A DNA stretch of 63,992 nucleotides, counting the filler, from Folioceros fuciformis (Eukaryota), in the NCBI GenBank assembly GCA_049999805.1. It is 4 parts of 3 records of this genome, joined end to end, with 100 filler letters (N's around TTAATTAATTAA, not from the genome) between each part and the next. Parts side by side here need not be neighbours in the genome. Positions count along the whole stretch, not along the records: positions 1 to 29,334 come from JBNGIO010005633.1; positions 29,435 to 41,010 come from JBNGIO010005635.1; 2 more parts are not named here. The stretch is one strand, 5' to 3'. Under the pieces are notes generated by a model, which saw nothing but the letters and a program-made list of their open reading frames with translations, did not search any database and was not told where the DNA came from. Both the position numbers and the translations under genes were made by a program. Positions 27,505-40,025 of this stretch are shown here, piece after piece. Position 1 is the first letter of the stretch. The number at the start of each line of letters is the position of its first letter.

Positions 27505-28234
27505 CCAGCCCAACGAAATCCCTCTCGACCGTAACGCTTCCTTCCTGCTATCTACCAGTAATCCGTTCGAATTTGGCTCCAGCTCCAGCACTCCTCTCAA
27601 ATCCGAATGAACCTCTCTCGACCGCACTGCTTCCAACCTAGCTTGACAGCGTGCCTGCAACCTCCAGACATTGGAAATGTGCTAAACACTGGCGACCATC
27701 TAGAGTCCTTCGATCTCAATAAGGTCTGAGGAGCAGTCTAAAATCGCTCCTACCTCTTGCTCCATCCCGATTGCTCTCGACACTATCGCAATTGACCAGC
27801 ATCGCTGCTACACCCACTTGCCGACTAACTCGATTCCGAACGAAGATCCACAAGAAGCGAGTGAGCAGAGAATCCAAACAGCTGCTGAAATGAGCCTGCC
27901 TTGTCCGTATACGCGAAATCCGATTCCAACCGTTTCAGAGGCCTATATTACCAGGACGTCAGGACCCGACTGCCCGGTCCCATGAACTCACTCACTCACT
28001 CGACCTTGGGAATAGGAAACGTCAAATATTCTCTACCGTCCGAACAAGTCTAAATACTTCTAGATCTTCTACAGTAATAATACATTATTATAAAATAAAA
28101 ATTACAACAAGTCACGAACCCTGGTTCTCTCTATAACATGAACACTGTAAAATTTAATAATCTTAAAAGGATTCTATTTTTACAACTTTTTACAATAAAT
28201 GTGACTGTTAAACATTTGATTTTGTTGTCTGACC

Positions 28235-28738
28235 ATGACTTATCTCAAATATGCAAGATCAAGTAAAAGCCAATTGAGTGTATTTATTATTTTCTCTCAC
28301 ATTTGTTTGGGAATTGGAACACCTAGTTATCGGTTAATTCACTATGAGTGCGACACAATCATGGTTTTGCCGTTAGTGCAAAAATTTATAAACGTAGCAA
28401 TTGATGAACTTATTAGGGACACAGTGTTAGCAAGGGAAAGAGTTTTTGATAACGCAATACTCCCACATTATGGAGCATATTCAACCCCGGTTCTCCCAAT
28501 GGGACCAAGATTTTGGGGAGTGGTCACTTGTTATAAGAATAATAGAACTATGTCCACATGGTCGGATTGCACTGAATGTCTTACTAATATTAAAATTTTG
28601 CTTTTCAGATTATGCAATGGGGTTCCAAATACAGGATATGTTTTGGTAGAAGATTGTTATCTTAAGTATTCAATAATAAAACCATTAGATTACTGCCCAT
28701 CAAATCCATTCCCTATAGTGGACATAGATTTGTGGTGA
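28235..28738 (+). CDS. Single DUF26/Gnk2 (stress-antifungal) domain secreted protein
   Basis: Hydrophobic N-terminal segment; FWGVVTC...DCTECL...LC...GYVLVEDCYLKYS matches the DUF26 Cys pattern; intronless and AT-rich. Confidence 0.75.
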   Translation: MTYLKYARSSKSQLSVFIIFSHICLGIGTPSYRLIHYECDTIMVLPLVQKFINVAIDELIRDTVLARERVFDNAILPHYGAYSTPVLPMGPRFWGVVTCYKNNRTMSTWSDCTECLTNIKILLFRLCNGVPNTGYVLVEDCYLKYSIIKPLDYCPSNPFPIVDIDLW

Positions 28739-29334
28739 ACATGGCTTGAAAGAATTTCTTCAATATAAATCACATATATCTACTAACAAAGACGATTGTA
28801 ATTATTATCATAAATATATTCATAGCATTAGGAATAAATTCATACATAATAAAAACTTATTTATTTTAATAAATTTTATTTACATCCATAACAAGTAAAA
28901 AAATAATCATGAAAAATTGTAAAACAATTTAGAAAAAAAATCTGATAAAAATATAAAAAATGAAAAAGTAGAATCATAGCATTAGAAAGCATTTCTATTA
29001 CTTGAAAAAAAAGTAACATTGTGTTGTACACGAACGAACATTAGAACTAGAGAGACTAAAACTTGATTTACGAGACTAAAAAAAAACTTTCTTAAGCACA
29101 AGGGTTACGAAGTCTTTGATCGAGATTGTTAATAATCATGAAGTTCATACAAGTGTAAGTTAGAGAAATGGAAGATGCATACATATGCGTAATTGATAAT
29201 TGATAGCCTTTGTTCATGTCTTTTAGCCTTTGGCTTTATTTGAGTTGTTCATCCAATCTTTGGAGTAGATGAGACTTTCCATCATTTTTTTCAATAATAA
29301 GAAAATATTATTCGTCTTTTGGAGTGAATGAGAC

Positions 29335-29433
29335 NNNNNNNNNNNNNNNNNNNNNNNNNNNNNNNNNNNNNNNNNNNNTTAATTAATTAANNNNNNNNNN
29401 NNNNNNNNNNNNNNNNNNNNNNNNNNNNNNNNN
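29335..29433. other. Assembly gap with artificial TTAATTAATTAA linker
   Basis: N-run with an embedded all-frame stop linker. Confidence 0.95.
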
Positions 29434-29480
29434 NCTCCTTCGTGGGAACGAAACCCAATGTCTCAACGACAGTGGGATAA

Positions 29481-31229
29481 GTGTGGCCACTAAAGGTAGA
29501 ACTCGTTGGCAATCAGTGCCCGGGTTTTGCCTCCACGGTCGCGTCGCAGGGGTACAAGCGGTGGGGCGTCCCGGGCTCGGCTCCTATGAAGGCACCTCGG
29601 CGGAGCACGTTGGGTGGCCTACGTGGCCAAAAATTGATGACTAAGAGCGGTAGCGGGGCCGACTTGGATGCCACTAAGAGCACGCATGGCAGGGGCCGGA
29701 ATCGGAAGGCTCCCTGCAGCGATGGGGAGGATTGCAAAGTTGGAGATGCTGTCGAGGGAGACCACGAGGGGGAGTCTGAGGAGGGGGAGGACTCTGCCTC
29801 GTTCATGGATGATCACAGGTTGGTGTATGAGGCTGAGGCATTCAAGCGCAAGAGGATTGTGAAGGGCGTGGCAGAGTTTTTCGTTAAATGGGTTGGGTGG
29901 CCAAAGAAGGCAAATACATGGGAGCCGTATGAAAATGTTAAACATCTCCTCACAGAGTTTGGTCCCATTCTTGAGGAGGGGCATATCAAACGTGGGTCTC
30001 AAAGCAAGCGAAAAGGAATGACACTTGTACTATGATTGACTCCGTAAAAGATGCAGAAGGAACATCCGACGCTAGTATGAAACCTGAGGGCTCAATAGGA
30101 CGAGTGGGAGGTGATGACCAGTCGGACCCTGCCCCAATGGATGCTGGCCATGCTGGCAGCCTGCCAAACATTGACATGGAGATAGCTCATCAACCCAATC
30201 TTGATAGGTGTGAGACGGCACATGTGGGTATAGAAGAGGCATCACATGCAAGAGACCCATGTGTAGTGGAAAAAGGAATTTTGGACAAGGAGTTGCCAGT
30301 CATTTCTATAGAAAGTCGGGAGGACAGTCCTCGTGTTGATAACAAGCTCTCTGAGCTGCCTGCATGATCCATTTGAAGCTTACGATGATGGCAAAGTGGA
30401 AATTGCCTATAGTGATGGGAAAGCCAGCAATGATTGTGTCACTGGAGCCAAGAAAAGAAAGAGTGGGTCTGTCAAGCGAGTTGTCCTAAGTTTAGATGAT
30501 GTGGAAAACAGAAAGTCATCTATGCCTGAACCTTATGGCTCTTAGTATGAGGTTGCTGAACTTGTGGATGGTGCAGTCGTATGGGAAAGAGGATTGGCAG
30601 ATGGTTTGCAGCTTTTTGGCGAGGGTTTGGAGGATGAATCAAACACGAATACTCTTCCAAATGATGCTTTTGAAGAGCTAGGGAGTATGGTTGCAGCTCT
30701 ATCGGGATGGGGTGCTCCCTTTGGCCGGATCCATGTTGCATCCGCACATGTAGGAAACAAGTCCAGGCCTTACTACATGGGCTACTTGGCCTCACCGGTG
30801 GAACAAGCAAGAGATAGGAACGGGTAGGGGTGCTTGATGCCCCGGGGCTGGTGTAGGCAGCTCCACATCTCCCTATTTGTGTTTGTCAAGCACAATAGGA
30901 TAGTTGTGGAGAGGCCAGAATACGGCTTTGCCACCTACTTCTTTGAGTTGGTGTAGACCATACCCTACACATGGCAAGTGAAACTAATGGTGACTGTGCT
31001 GGGTTATGCATGCGTGGGGTGAGCAGCACTGATGGAGAACAAGCCACTGGTGGTCAGTGAACACTTGTATGAGGACCAGGCTGTCATACTGGAGGGCCAT
31101 GGGTGGACAAGAGGCAGTGGCATTGGAACGTTGCTAAACATCTACGATCGTGTTGTACATGATTACCACATGGGGGAAGGTGAAGTAATTGCAAGGGAAG
31201 TGGCTGTAGATTGGTTGGGGGGGAGCTAA
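29481..31229 (+). pseudogene. Decayed intronless ORF: acidic N-terminus, LHP1-type chromodomain, LHP1 hinge motif and an unidentified C-terminal domain; TE-associated
   Basis: YEAEAFKRKRIVKGVAEFFVKWVGWPKKANTWEPYENV; TGAKKRKSGSVKR; two compensating frameshifts and four in-frame stops link the listed ORFs 29481, 30032, 30333, 30564 and 31032. Confidence 0.75.
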
Positions 31230-31264
31230 TAATGAGTTCCAAAAGACCAGCTAGCAATTTTTTC

Positions 31265-32094
31265 ATAGGCCGGAGTTAGGATTAGGTTCTTGGTGGGTGT
31301 GTGAAAGATTTTTGAGCATGTGAACTAATGTTGACACTGGTAGGTAGTGATGGGTAGTTCTTGGCCAAGATAGGTTAAGGGGCCAGCCCTATCATTTAGC
31401 AGGGGGGCAGTCTTCGGTGTGATTCCCCTTGTTCGTTGAGTGCAGGCTCCCGGATTAGGGTGCTGATCTGGTGTGAGTGTGCTGCTTGGGCTTGATCCCC
31501 TTGCCACTAAGGGGGATGTGGTGGATCCTTGGTTTGCTAAGATCTGTGTGGCTAGATCTGCGGGTGTGGACCCTCCTTGCATGCTGGCTGAGGTGCCTTG
31601 ATGTCCTTGGGTGAGGCTTCCGATGTAAAGGTTGGGGAGCTGTGAGCCAAGAGGGCTATCCGGCACCTAGACCTCATGTCTCTGCCTTAAAGTTGCAGGT
31701 GGGGAAGCTGTCGTGTCACAAATTTCAAGAGTTGAAGTGTGGTGTTGAAGGCAATTGTGAAAGCTGGATGTGAAGGAGGAGCTGAAGTTGAAGACTTGGG
31801 CTGGGGGTTGGTGGAGGTCGAGTGAGAAACATTTGGTTGCTAGAGTGACTGTGAAGCTGGGCATACATTGGGGGTTTCTTTTTTTCCAAATGCTGAGATA
31901 GCTTGTGCATGCCATAGGAATAAAGTTAGGAGTTAGGCCTAACCACTATAGCACTGTTAGGTTGAGTAGGGGTTGGTAGGTAGGATCAGGCTAGAATAGC
32001 TTAGTTTGGTTGCCTTGACACGAGATCACTCCATTGGGAACGAATCTCAAGACTGCAATGACAAGATGGTTAATGTGGACCTCTTTGTGACACA
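31265..32094 (+). repeat. Diverged copy of the ~1-kb LTR family (copy A)
   Basis: Collinear blocks shared with 42819-43876 (GGAGTTAGG.TTAGG, TGCAGGCT, TTGAT.CCC.TGCCACTA.GGG, CCTTGACAC.AG.TCACTCC.TTGGGA.CGAAT); ends approximate. Confidence 0.7.
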
Positions 32095-32108
32095 TTAGGG
32101 GTGGAAGG

Positions 32109-34197
32109 TGTGTAAAACAAGCGTAGGTGAGAGCATACGGAACTCTGATAGTTGGAATTAACAATAATTGCAATAACAAAAATGTTTAAATACTATCTAT
32201 GTGTCTATTGACCAGACAACCCTAAATCCATATAACCTGAATATAATTAACTATGCATTAGGTTTAACTTCTAAGCTAACACCCCCTCTTAAACTAACCA
32301 CAATTAATTTAAAATGTGAACCCTGAGATGAGGGACTTCCTACAAGGACCAGGGAGTTGGGCATCACGAGGAACAGTCTCTCACTCGCGCACACTTGAAC
32401 GTAATTCGGTGGTTGGAGCCGATGATCCAGCTTCTGTTCTGCAATCAAGGCCGCGACTATAAGAATGGAGCTCCACCTCACTGTGCTTACCGCCAAATCT
32501 CAACTTGCGCTCTTCATCTTCACTCGTCTGTGGATTTATTTATTTTTTGTTAAAATTTGTAACGGCTGCAAAAAACTGATTGTGTTGTTACTTGTGCAAC
32601 TCAAGTCATTTGGGAGGTGCAGAATACACGTTCACACAAATTAGCGGAGGAGCACAAGCTTCCACCACCCCTCTTCTATATGAGTAACTGTCACTCAAAT
32701 AGGCAGAGTGGTCCCTCAGTCCCATGCCCTCCATATGATAATAATGTTTGCATTGGGGCAACCCTTTTGTGAGGATGTCGGTAGTGTTTCCATTTGTCCG
32801 TATGTACTCCAATTTAAGAACACCTTTGTGAACCACATCTCATATGTAGTGGTGTTGCACTTCGATATGCTTTGTACGAGCATGAAATTTTAAGCTCTCT
32901 ACTAACTCAAGGGCTGCGATGTTATCGCAGAGCACAAGAGTGGGCTTCTCCTACAGCTGTCCCAAATCCTGGAGGAAGTTGCATTCCCATTCGGCCTCTT
33001 TTGCTGCTTCAGTCAAATATTTATACTCAGCTTCAGAGGAACTGAGAGCAACAGATGCTTGCTTTTTGCAGCTCCATGTGACTGCTGCTGAGCCCAATAG
33101 ATAGCAATATGTGGAAAGACTCCTATGTGCATCGGAATCTGAGGCCCAGTCAGCATCTATGAAGCCTCTCAAGATCAGTTGCCTTTGTCCTATGCTCTTG
33201 TACGTAAGTCCATACTTGTGCATACCTTTGAGATAACGAAATGTCCTCTTGACAACTACCCAGTGTACACTAGCAGGATTTTCCATAAACTGCAAAACTG
33301 TACTAATAGCATATTGTATGTCAGGTTGAGTTCAGTTCGCAACAAAAATCAGAGACCCAACAACATGTCGTTAAGGTATGTCCTGCATGTCCAACTTTTC
33401 AGCTTGTGACTTTGGGCATTGGTTCTTGGTCAATTTCGTGCCAGCAGCATAGGGAGTGGTGGCTGGCCTGGCCTCATCAAGGTTGAACTTTCTAAGTATC
33501 TCGTTTATGTACTTGTACTGGTGGATAAATAGTAACCCTTCTTCGCTTACACAAAGCAATTGGATTCCCAAACAAAATTTTAGCTCCCCTATGTCTTTCA
33601 TGTCGAATCTGCTGCTGAGTTTGTCCTTCACACTTGCTAACAACTTTTGATCGTTTGTGGCAAATATAACATCATCCACATAAAGTGCCAAGATGACGAT
33701 TGATGCTCCTTGAGTAAGCTTGTACACATTGTTGTCGGCTGCATTTTGGATGAAGTCAATGCTGAGCAGGTACAAGTGCATTGTAATATACCAAACACGC
33801 CCGCTTTGGTTCAAGCCGTATATGCACTTCAAAAGCTTTAACACTTTGTTCGAATGCTACTTGTCTTTGTAGGCTTCAGGGTACAACATATACAGCTCTT
33901 CTTTGAGGGCACCATACAAGAAGGCAGTGCAAACATCCATCTGCTATAGGTCAAGGTCAAACTCAGCGGCATAAGCAAGCAGAATTCTGATGGACTGTGT
34001 ACGAACAATAGGCAAGAAGGTCTCTTGATAGGCAAGGCCTTTCACTTGGGTAAACCCACAAGCTATGAGCCTTGCTTTGCATCTGGCCACCCGTCCATGT
34101 GCGTTGAGTTTGATTTTAAAAACCCACTTACAATTGATCGCCTTTCTTCCAGGCGGGAGGCATGCAAGTACCCATGTCTTATTTTAATGAGGGATTG
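32109..34197 (-). mobile_element. 3' half of a Ty1/Copia element (RT, RNase H, PPT, LTR sequence)
   Basis: LPPGRKAINCKWVFK, ALYVDD, GFIDADWA..TWSCKKQ..ALSSSEAEY, DILTKGLP; purine tracts followed by TG at ~32667 and 32281 on the minus strand; cut at 34197 by an inserted LTR. Confidence 0.9.
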
Positions 34198-35174
34198 TGT
34201 GGAGTGATTTCTTACACCCAAGAACCACCAAAGGGCCACACTTTCCCTTATTGTCGTTGCAGTCTTATGATTCGCTTCCAAGGGAGTGAACTAGCGTCAA
34301 GGAACACCTACGGCTGTCTACTCACACTTCTACCTATCAACCGGTCTCTAGGCCTGACCACATACACCAACAAAAAGGCCAGAATCCTAGCCTATCTTCA
34401 AATCAACCCACAAAACTCACACTCTAGCTCTTCAGTCCTTCAGCTCTTCATGATTCCCACCTCAATCCTCCCTTCTCCACTTCAGTCATTCACCCTTCAC
34501 TTCAACACACACTCCTGCACCTCAGCAACTCACTCTTCACTTCACTGCACTTCACTGCACTTCACTCCAGCTCTCCCTCTCTTTGCTTCAGCTATCCCCA
34601 GGAAATTGGGACACAACGACCTCACTCCTTGCAGTCTTCAAGGATGGTGTGGATATTATGACTGGATAGCCCTCCTGGCTCACGGTCCTATCACTTCACT
34701 TCAGCCAGCCTACAAAACATTCAGCCCTTGCGGATCGGGCCACAAGGATCTCGGCAGTCTTGGGATCCTCCACGTTCCCCTAGTGGCAAGGGGAATCAAG
34801 ATCTCGGTTCAGTCTCAAACCGGCTCAATACCCTAGGCCGGGAGTTCTGCACACAAGGTCAAGGGAAATTGCACCGTAGACACCCCCTCTCAATGGCAGG
34901 TCTCCCCTCTTATACTGCCTAACCCTCCATCTCTGTCTACTAGAGTTAACCTGAATCAACTACCTAACCACCTCTCCTGCCCTAAGCCATTCTGCACCCA
35001 GTTCTGACCTAGGTATGACCTAACCTAACCCAATCTAGGTCTGACCTAATCCGGAGCTAACCTAAACCTAACCTAAGTCCAACCCAGACTTAAACCTAAC
35101 CTAAATCTGACCTAGACCTAACCAAGGTCTAACCAAGACTTAATCCCAACCAAGGAGAGGGGTGCTTCTCAACA
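34198..35174 (-). repeat. 3' LTR (copy B) of a probable Gypsy-type element inserted in the Copia RT
   Basis: Minus strand PPT GGGAGGGGAGAGGGG then TGTTGAGA...CACTCCACA; same termini as 42819-43876. Confidence 0.85.
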
Positions 35175-35468
35175 CCCCTCTCCCCTCCCGGATCAGATCA
35201 TCTCCCTCTCCTCTCCCGGATCATATCATTTCCTCCCCTCTGATCATCCTGCATTCTTCGGAGTCTTCCACCTTTAGGCCCTTCCCTCCATCCTGTGTCT
35301 TCCCCCTGGGCAGTCACCTACTCGGTGTTAGGCTTGCTGGCTTTCCAACCAGCCATCTAGCCAGTCTTCGGCTGCTAGATCCGGTCGAGACCCTTCTGTT
35401 CACCCCGAACGAATGTCCATGCAGAACCGCCGATGGGGGGGGAAGCTGATCTGCACTGCACCTGGTTT

Positions 35469-35761
35469 TGTCAATAGGATCGACTCCAATCTACGTGCAA
35501 GTGTAGGAGAGGAGAGGAGAGAAGAGAGGGTGGTATTGGTGATCACAACCATGAAAACAATACACATCACCATTGTCTTACTATGGAGGTCCGAGGTCTC
35601 CATTTAAGTAGTACATTTAGGGCTACACAACTTCCAGGTTCAATATGGGATAATCTACACTATCCTAAGTTCACTAATAACTAGAACTAGTCTAGTATGA
35701 ACCCAACTGGGATAACTAACACCACATGAGTTTAGCTCATATAGAGCTCGATAACTCAACA
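35469..35761. mobile_element. Solo LTR (293 bp)
   Basis: TGTCAA...CTCAACA flanked by a perfect 5-bp TSD GGTTT (35464-35468, 35762-35766). Confidence 0.8.
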
Positions 35762-38244
35762 GGTTTGACCGGGATTCGGAACAAGCCGCTCTCCTTGGTT
35801 TGCAATGCCTAAGTGTGAGTCCATCCATGCCTGGGTGCTCTCGAATTCGACAGCTTATCCTCAACCACTGCCTGAAATCAGCCAGCACGCCGTGACTCCC
35901 CTCGCTCTGCTTCCAGCCAAACTGCAACTGTCCCTTTGCTTGATCTTTGGCTGATAGGTCCAATTAGCTCAACCATAAACCCGTCCCGACCTGCCCCAAC
36001 CTGGATTGGCTAGGTAGCTAGCCCGTAGCCTGTTTGTTGCCTCCCTGGGCTGGGTCAGGCTAGGCTGCTAGTTAGTCTCCTCAACATCCAGCCACCCTAC
36101 CAGCTGGCCCTCAGTATCTTTGTTGGCGAATAGGCGGCACAGGTTGATGACCGACAGCTCCGTGAAGCTCTGTGGACTCCACATGCTGAACAGGTCCGAG
36201 GAAAATGATAGGATTTCTTTTTTTAGAATCTCTAAGTGAATTATGTAGTGAAATGGTTAGAAGATTAGATTAGTAGCTAGATTAATGGTGAGTTGATTGG
36301 GTCTAGGAGGGTGTGTGGTAGATAGACACGGGCTCGAGTTCCTTAGGATAAGGTAACAGAGGAACAGAACCCTAGAACGGGTCATGGGAGGTGAGCCGGG
36401 GCTCTCTCTGGCTGATGCTGGTGGAAGTGGGAGACGGGGATAAAGGTGCCTGGGGCCGAGGGTCTGAGAGCAGGCGGTCACGCAGGGAGGGCCTAAGGTT
36501 GTGGGAGCATCAGATTCGGGAAAGCTAGCCAGCCAAATGGCCAGGCCAGGGGGAGCGTCGACTCAGGGTAAGTAGGTTGGAGAGTAGCCGGATCAGGAAT
36601 GGGCCGGCTGTTCGGCTAGCCACACTAATCGGCTGACTTGACCTGGGCTGAGGACGGGCCTGGCTGGCGGAATGTAGTCAGAGTCGGGGCGGCGCGAGGT
36701 TGGTCGGCTATGCATGCAGAGCCAGCCAGCTGGGAACTGTTGGGAGCAACAGCTGGGTGCAAATGGGTTGGTCGGGCAATTCGTTGGTGGGCTGGCATCC
36801 AGGCGGTGGTTGCAGAAGACAGACCCGACCCGTCAGCAAGTAGTTAGGCAGCTGCCTGGTGGCTGGCTGGGACGGATCTGGATGGATAGCAGGTAGAGGC
36901 GAGTCGGCTGGTGCTAGGCAGGCGGCTTGGCTGATCGGCCAGATAGCGGCTGGCTTGCAAAGGCCGGCTGTGGGCAGCAGCCAAGCGACTGAGGAGTCTG
37001 TGGGCGACCAATAGATCAGGTAGGGCCGGTGGCTGGAGGACCCAGCAGGATGGCCAGGGTTGGATTCGAAGGCCGGGCAGTTAGCTGAGGCTGGCAGCTG
37101 GCCGGGTTCGGACTGGTAGGGTAGGCGGCCAGGCTGATCGGCGGGAAGGCCGGCTGCAAGTGGATCCAGGTAGGTAGGCGCCTGGCCGGATCACCAAGGC
37201 AGACGGTGCGGAGAAGCAGGTCGGATTGGCAAGATCTGGCCTGCGATTGGACCAGCCAAGTGGTCGGTAGGCTGGATGGATCGCGGCCAAGTGGGTGGTA
37301 GGCCGGGCAGACGAGTCCGGCCAGGCAGTCAAACAGCCACCGGTTGGCTGGCGGCTGGCGTCTGGCTGAGGGGAGTACGGGCCGGGAGGGATCCTGGCGG
37401 GTGGCGGGCAGCTAAAAAGCTTAGGCAGCAGCCCAGACCGGCCCGGCTGCTGAGAAGCAGGTAGGCAGCCAGCAGTTGGCCCATCAAAGCAAGGCGGCTA
37501 GCGGGCTGCGTGTGATCCAGACCTGGTAGGCTGGATCCCAGCTGCTGCAAGAGACGCGCATCCTGGCAGCTGGCTGGATCGCGGCCGGGCCAACCAGGCA
37601 AGCAGACCCAGGCACTAGCCGACCAGGTGGGCAGCCAGAGGCCGATGGGATCCATGCACGGTCCGATCAGGTTGGCGGATCCCGAAAGGCAGGAGGTCGG
37701 CTAGCAGGCGGGTTGTGTTGCTGGATCAGCCGACTAGCGACCAGATCTAGGCGACTAGGCAGGCGGGCTGATCAGGCTGTGCGGGCTGATCAGGCTGTGC
37801 GGGCCAGGGGGATGAGCCGATCGGATGTGGAGGAGCTGTAGGGGGTGCTGCGCAGGGCTAGCTGGCTGAGCGGGAGGTGGCGGCGTTAGATCTACAGGAA
37901 TAGTAGGCCGGCACCGAATCCGAGCTGGGGTCTTGGCCGGATCAGACAGGTTGGCTAGCTGTAGGGAGCTAGCAATGGCAGTGGATGGCGTGCGGCCGGG
38001 TGGTGGGCAGAATCGATCAGCCAGCAGACCAAACAAGCAGGTGCTGTTGGCCTGGCAAGGTGATGGAGGCTGGCTAGTTGGCCAGGCGGCTGGCAACAGC
38101 TGCTGAGGTCTAGGCGGCCACCGCAAGTGGGAAGAATGAGATGACAAGGACCGTCCTCAGGAGCCGAGCAAACTCGCACCATGGCTTCGCTGCAGGCAAA
38201 TCGCGGGGATGCAACATGGCAGCGGAAGGTAGGAGCCTAAAGTG

Positions 38245-38454
38245 AAGGTCTCGTTGCTTGGGTCACGACGGTAGCTAGGGCCGGACCACACTGCTATGGG
38301 ACCTGGAAGGAAAGCAAAGGTCTCATTGCTTGGGTCACGACGGTAGCTAGGGCCGGACCACACTGCTATGGGATCTGGAAGGAAAGCAAAGGTCTCATTG
38401 CTTGGGTCACGTCGGTAGCCAAGGCCAAAGCACGCTGCTATGGGACCTGGAAGG
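38245..38454. repeat. 72-bp tandem repeat, ~3 copies
   Basis: AAGGTCTC.TTGCTTGGGTCACG.CGGTAGC at 38245, 38317 and 38389. Confidence 0.9.
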
Positions 38455-38816
38455 GCAGTGCGGACGATGTTGTGGTGGGCCCGTGGAAGCGCTAGGGCAG
38501 GGACGACTTCACCGGCGGGTCTACGAACAAAGGTTGGGCGGCTACAGTTCTAATGGGATCAAGAGGTCGAACTTCCAGCGGGATCAAGAGAGCAAACTTC
38601 CAGCAGGATGTAGAGGGCGAACGGCCCGGGCTCAGGCTAGATCTAGATTGGGTGGCTTGGCTGGCTGGTCGGCAAGCTGGCGGCTAGCAGAGGATGGCTT
38701 GGCTGGCTGATGGAGGCCGGGGTGGAGCCAAGAGTAGGCCGTTGGCCGGTTGGCTGCAGTGGAGCTTGACTAGCAGTGGCAGTAGGCGGACAAGCAGCGG
38801 CAGCATAGCCTGAGAC

Positions 38817-39071
38817 CAATAGCGGCAGCAGGCAGCCCAGCAGCGGTAACATGCAGCCCAGTAGCTTCGGGTTGACTTCGGCTGGCTGGCAGGCAGATCT
38901 AGGCAGCCCAACCTGGCCTGGCAGTAGGCAAGCAGCCCATAGGCAATAGCGGCAGCAGGCAGCCCAGAAGCGGTAACATGCAGCCCAGTAGCTTCGGGTT
39001 GACTTCGGCTGGCTGGCAGGCGGATCTAGGCAGCCCAACCTGGCCTGGCAGTAGGCAGGCAGCCCATAGGC
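38817..39071. repeat. 127-bp tandem duplication
   Basis: CAATAGCGGCAGCAGGCAGCCCAG at 38817 and 38944. Confidence 0.9.
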
Positions 39072-39841
39072 TGGCAGAATCCAGGCCAGGTGGGCGGCTT
39101 TAGATCTAGGCCAAGCGGGCTGCAGGCAGATCTAGGTTGGGTAGGTGGGCTTGTCGTGGCAAGCAGATCCTAGCAGACTGGCAAGCACCCGGGCATGCCA
39201 GTGAGCGGTGCCAAATCTGGGCGGCCAAGGCCGGATCCGGAAGCCAGGCAGTGGCCTGGCTGCAGGACCCAAGCAGAGGCCTGGTGGTGGACTTCAAGGA
39301 GCGTCAGGTGGCAAATCCAGCAGCCAGCTAGGCTGGCTGGCGGCTGGCCAGGTGGGATCCTGGCAGGCAGGCCTGGCCAGATTGCCAGGCAAGCCAATGG
39401 TCGGTGACGGGCTGGCCGGGCAAGTTTGCTGGCGGGCTGGCATCCAGGCGGTGGGTGCAGGAGACGAATCCAGGCGGGCTGAGGGGCGGCAGATCCAGGC
39501 ACTCGTTGGATCCAGGCTGGCTGGCTAGATCATGGCTAGTCGGTGGGATGGCTAAACCGCGACCAGGCAACCAAGCAGCGGCAGCGGGCCGACAGTAGGC
39601 AGGATGGCCAAATCGGCGGCTAGTAGGAGGGTGCTCCGGGCTCAACAAGCGGCGAGCAGATTGGTGGCTGGCCGGGGTGGATCTGAGCTAGGTTGGAGCC
39701 AGGATCCATGCTGATGGTCTGGCTGGCTAGCCAGTAGCAGGTAGGCAGTTGCACAGGCCGAGGGTTGGGGGCCAGATGGGTTGGCCGGATCGACAAGTAG
39801 GCAGGTGATTGGATCGGGGATGGAATTGCGGGGAGACTTGG

Positions 39842-40025
39842 GGAAATCCAAGCAACTCTTGTTTGTGTGCTTGTGTTTTTGGTGCCGATTAGGAAGGCTG
39901 AATCGTGGTTGCACAGACAGGCGGACTGGTTGGTAGAGACTCGAGGAAATCCAGGCAACTCTTGTTTGTGTGCTTTTGTTTTTGGTGCTGATTAGGAAGG
40001 CTGAATTGCGGTTGCGCAGATAGGG
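39842..40025. repeat. ~103-bp tandem duplication
   Basis: GGAAATCCA.GCAACTCTTGTTTGTGTGCTT.TGTTTTTGGTGC.GATTAGGAAGGCTGAAT at 39842 and 39945. Confidence 0.85.

Noticed and set aside
28066-28100. Helitron-like 5' end (A|TC followed by AT-rich sequence)
   Set aside because: No matching 3' hairpin plus CTRR terminus found
29379-29390. TTAATTAATTAA palindrome, repeated in all three large gaps
   Set aside because: Embedded in N-runs; an artificial contig linker
29800-29960. Chromodomain as an ordinary chromovirus integrase tail, or as the functional LHP1 gene
   Set aside because: No integrase upstream and the LHP1 hinge is present; but it is intronless, disrupted and lacks a chromo-shadow domain
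38245-38454. 72-bp periodicity resembling a CRISPR array
   Set aside because: Whole units repeat with no unique spacers, no cas genes, eukaryotic context
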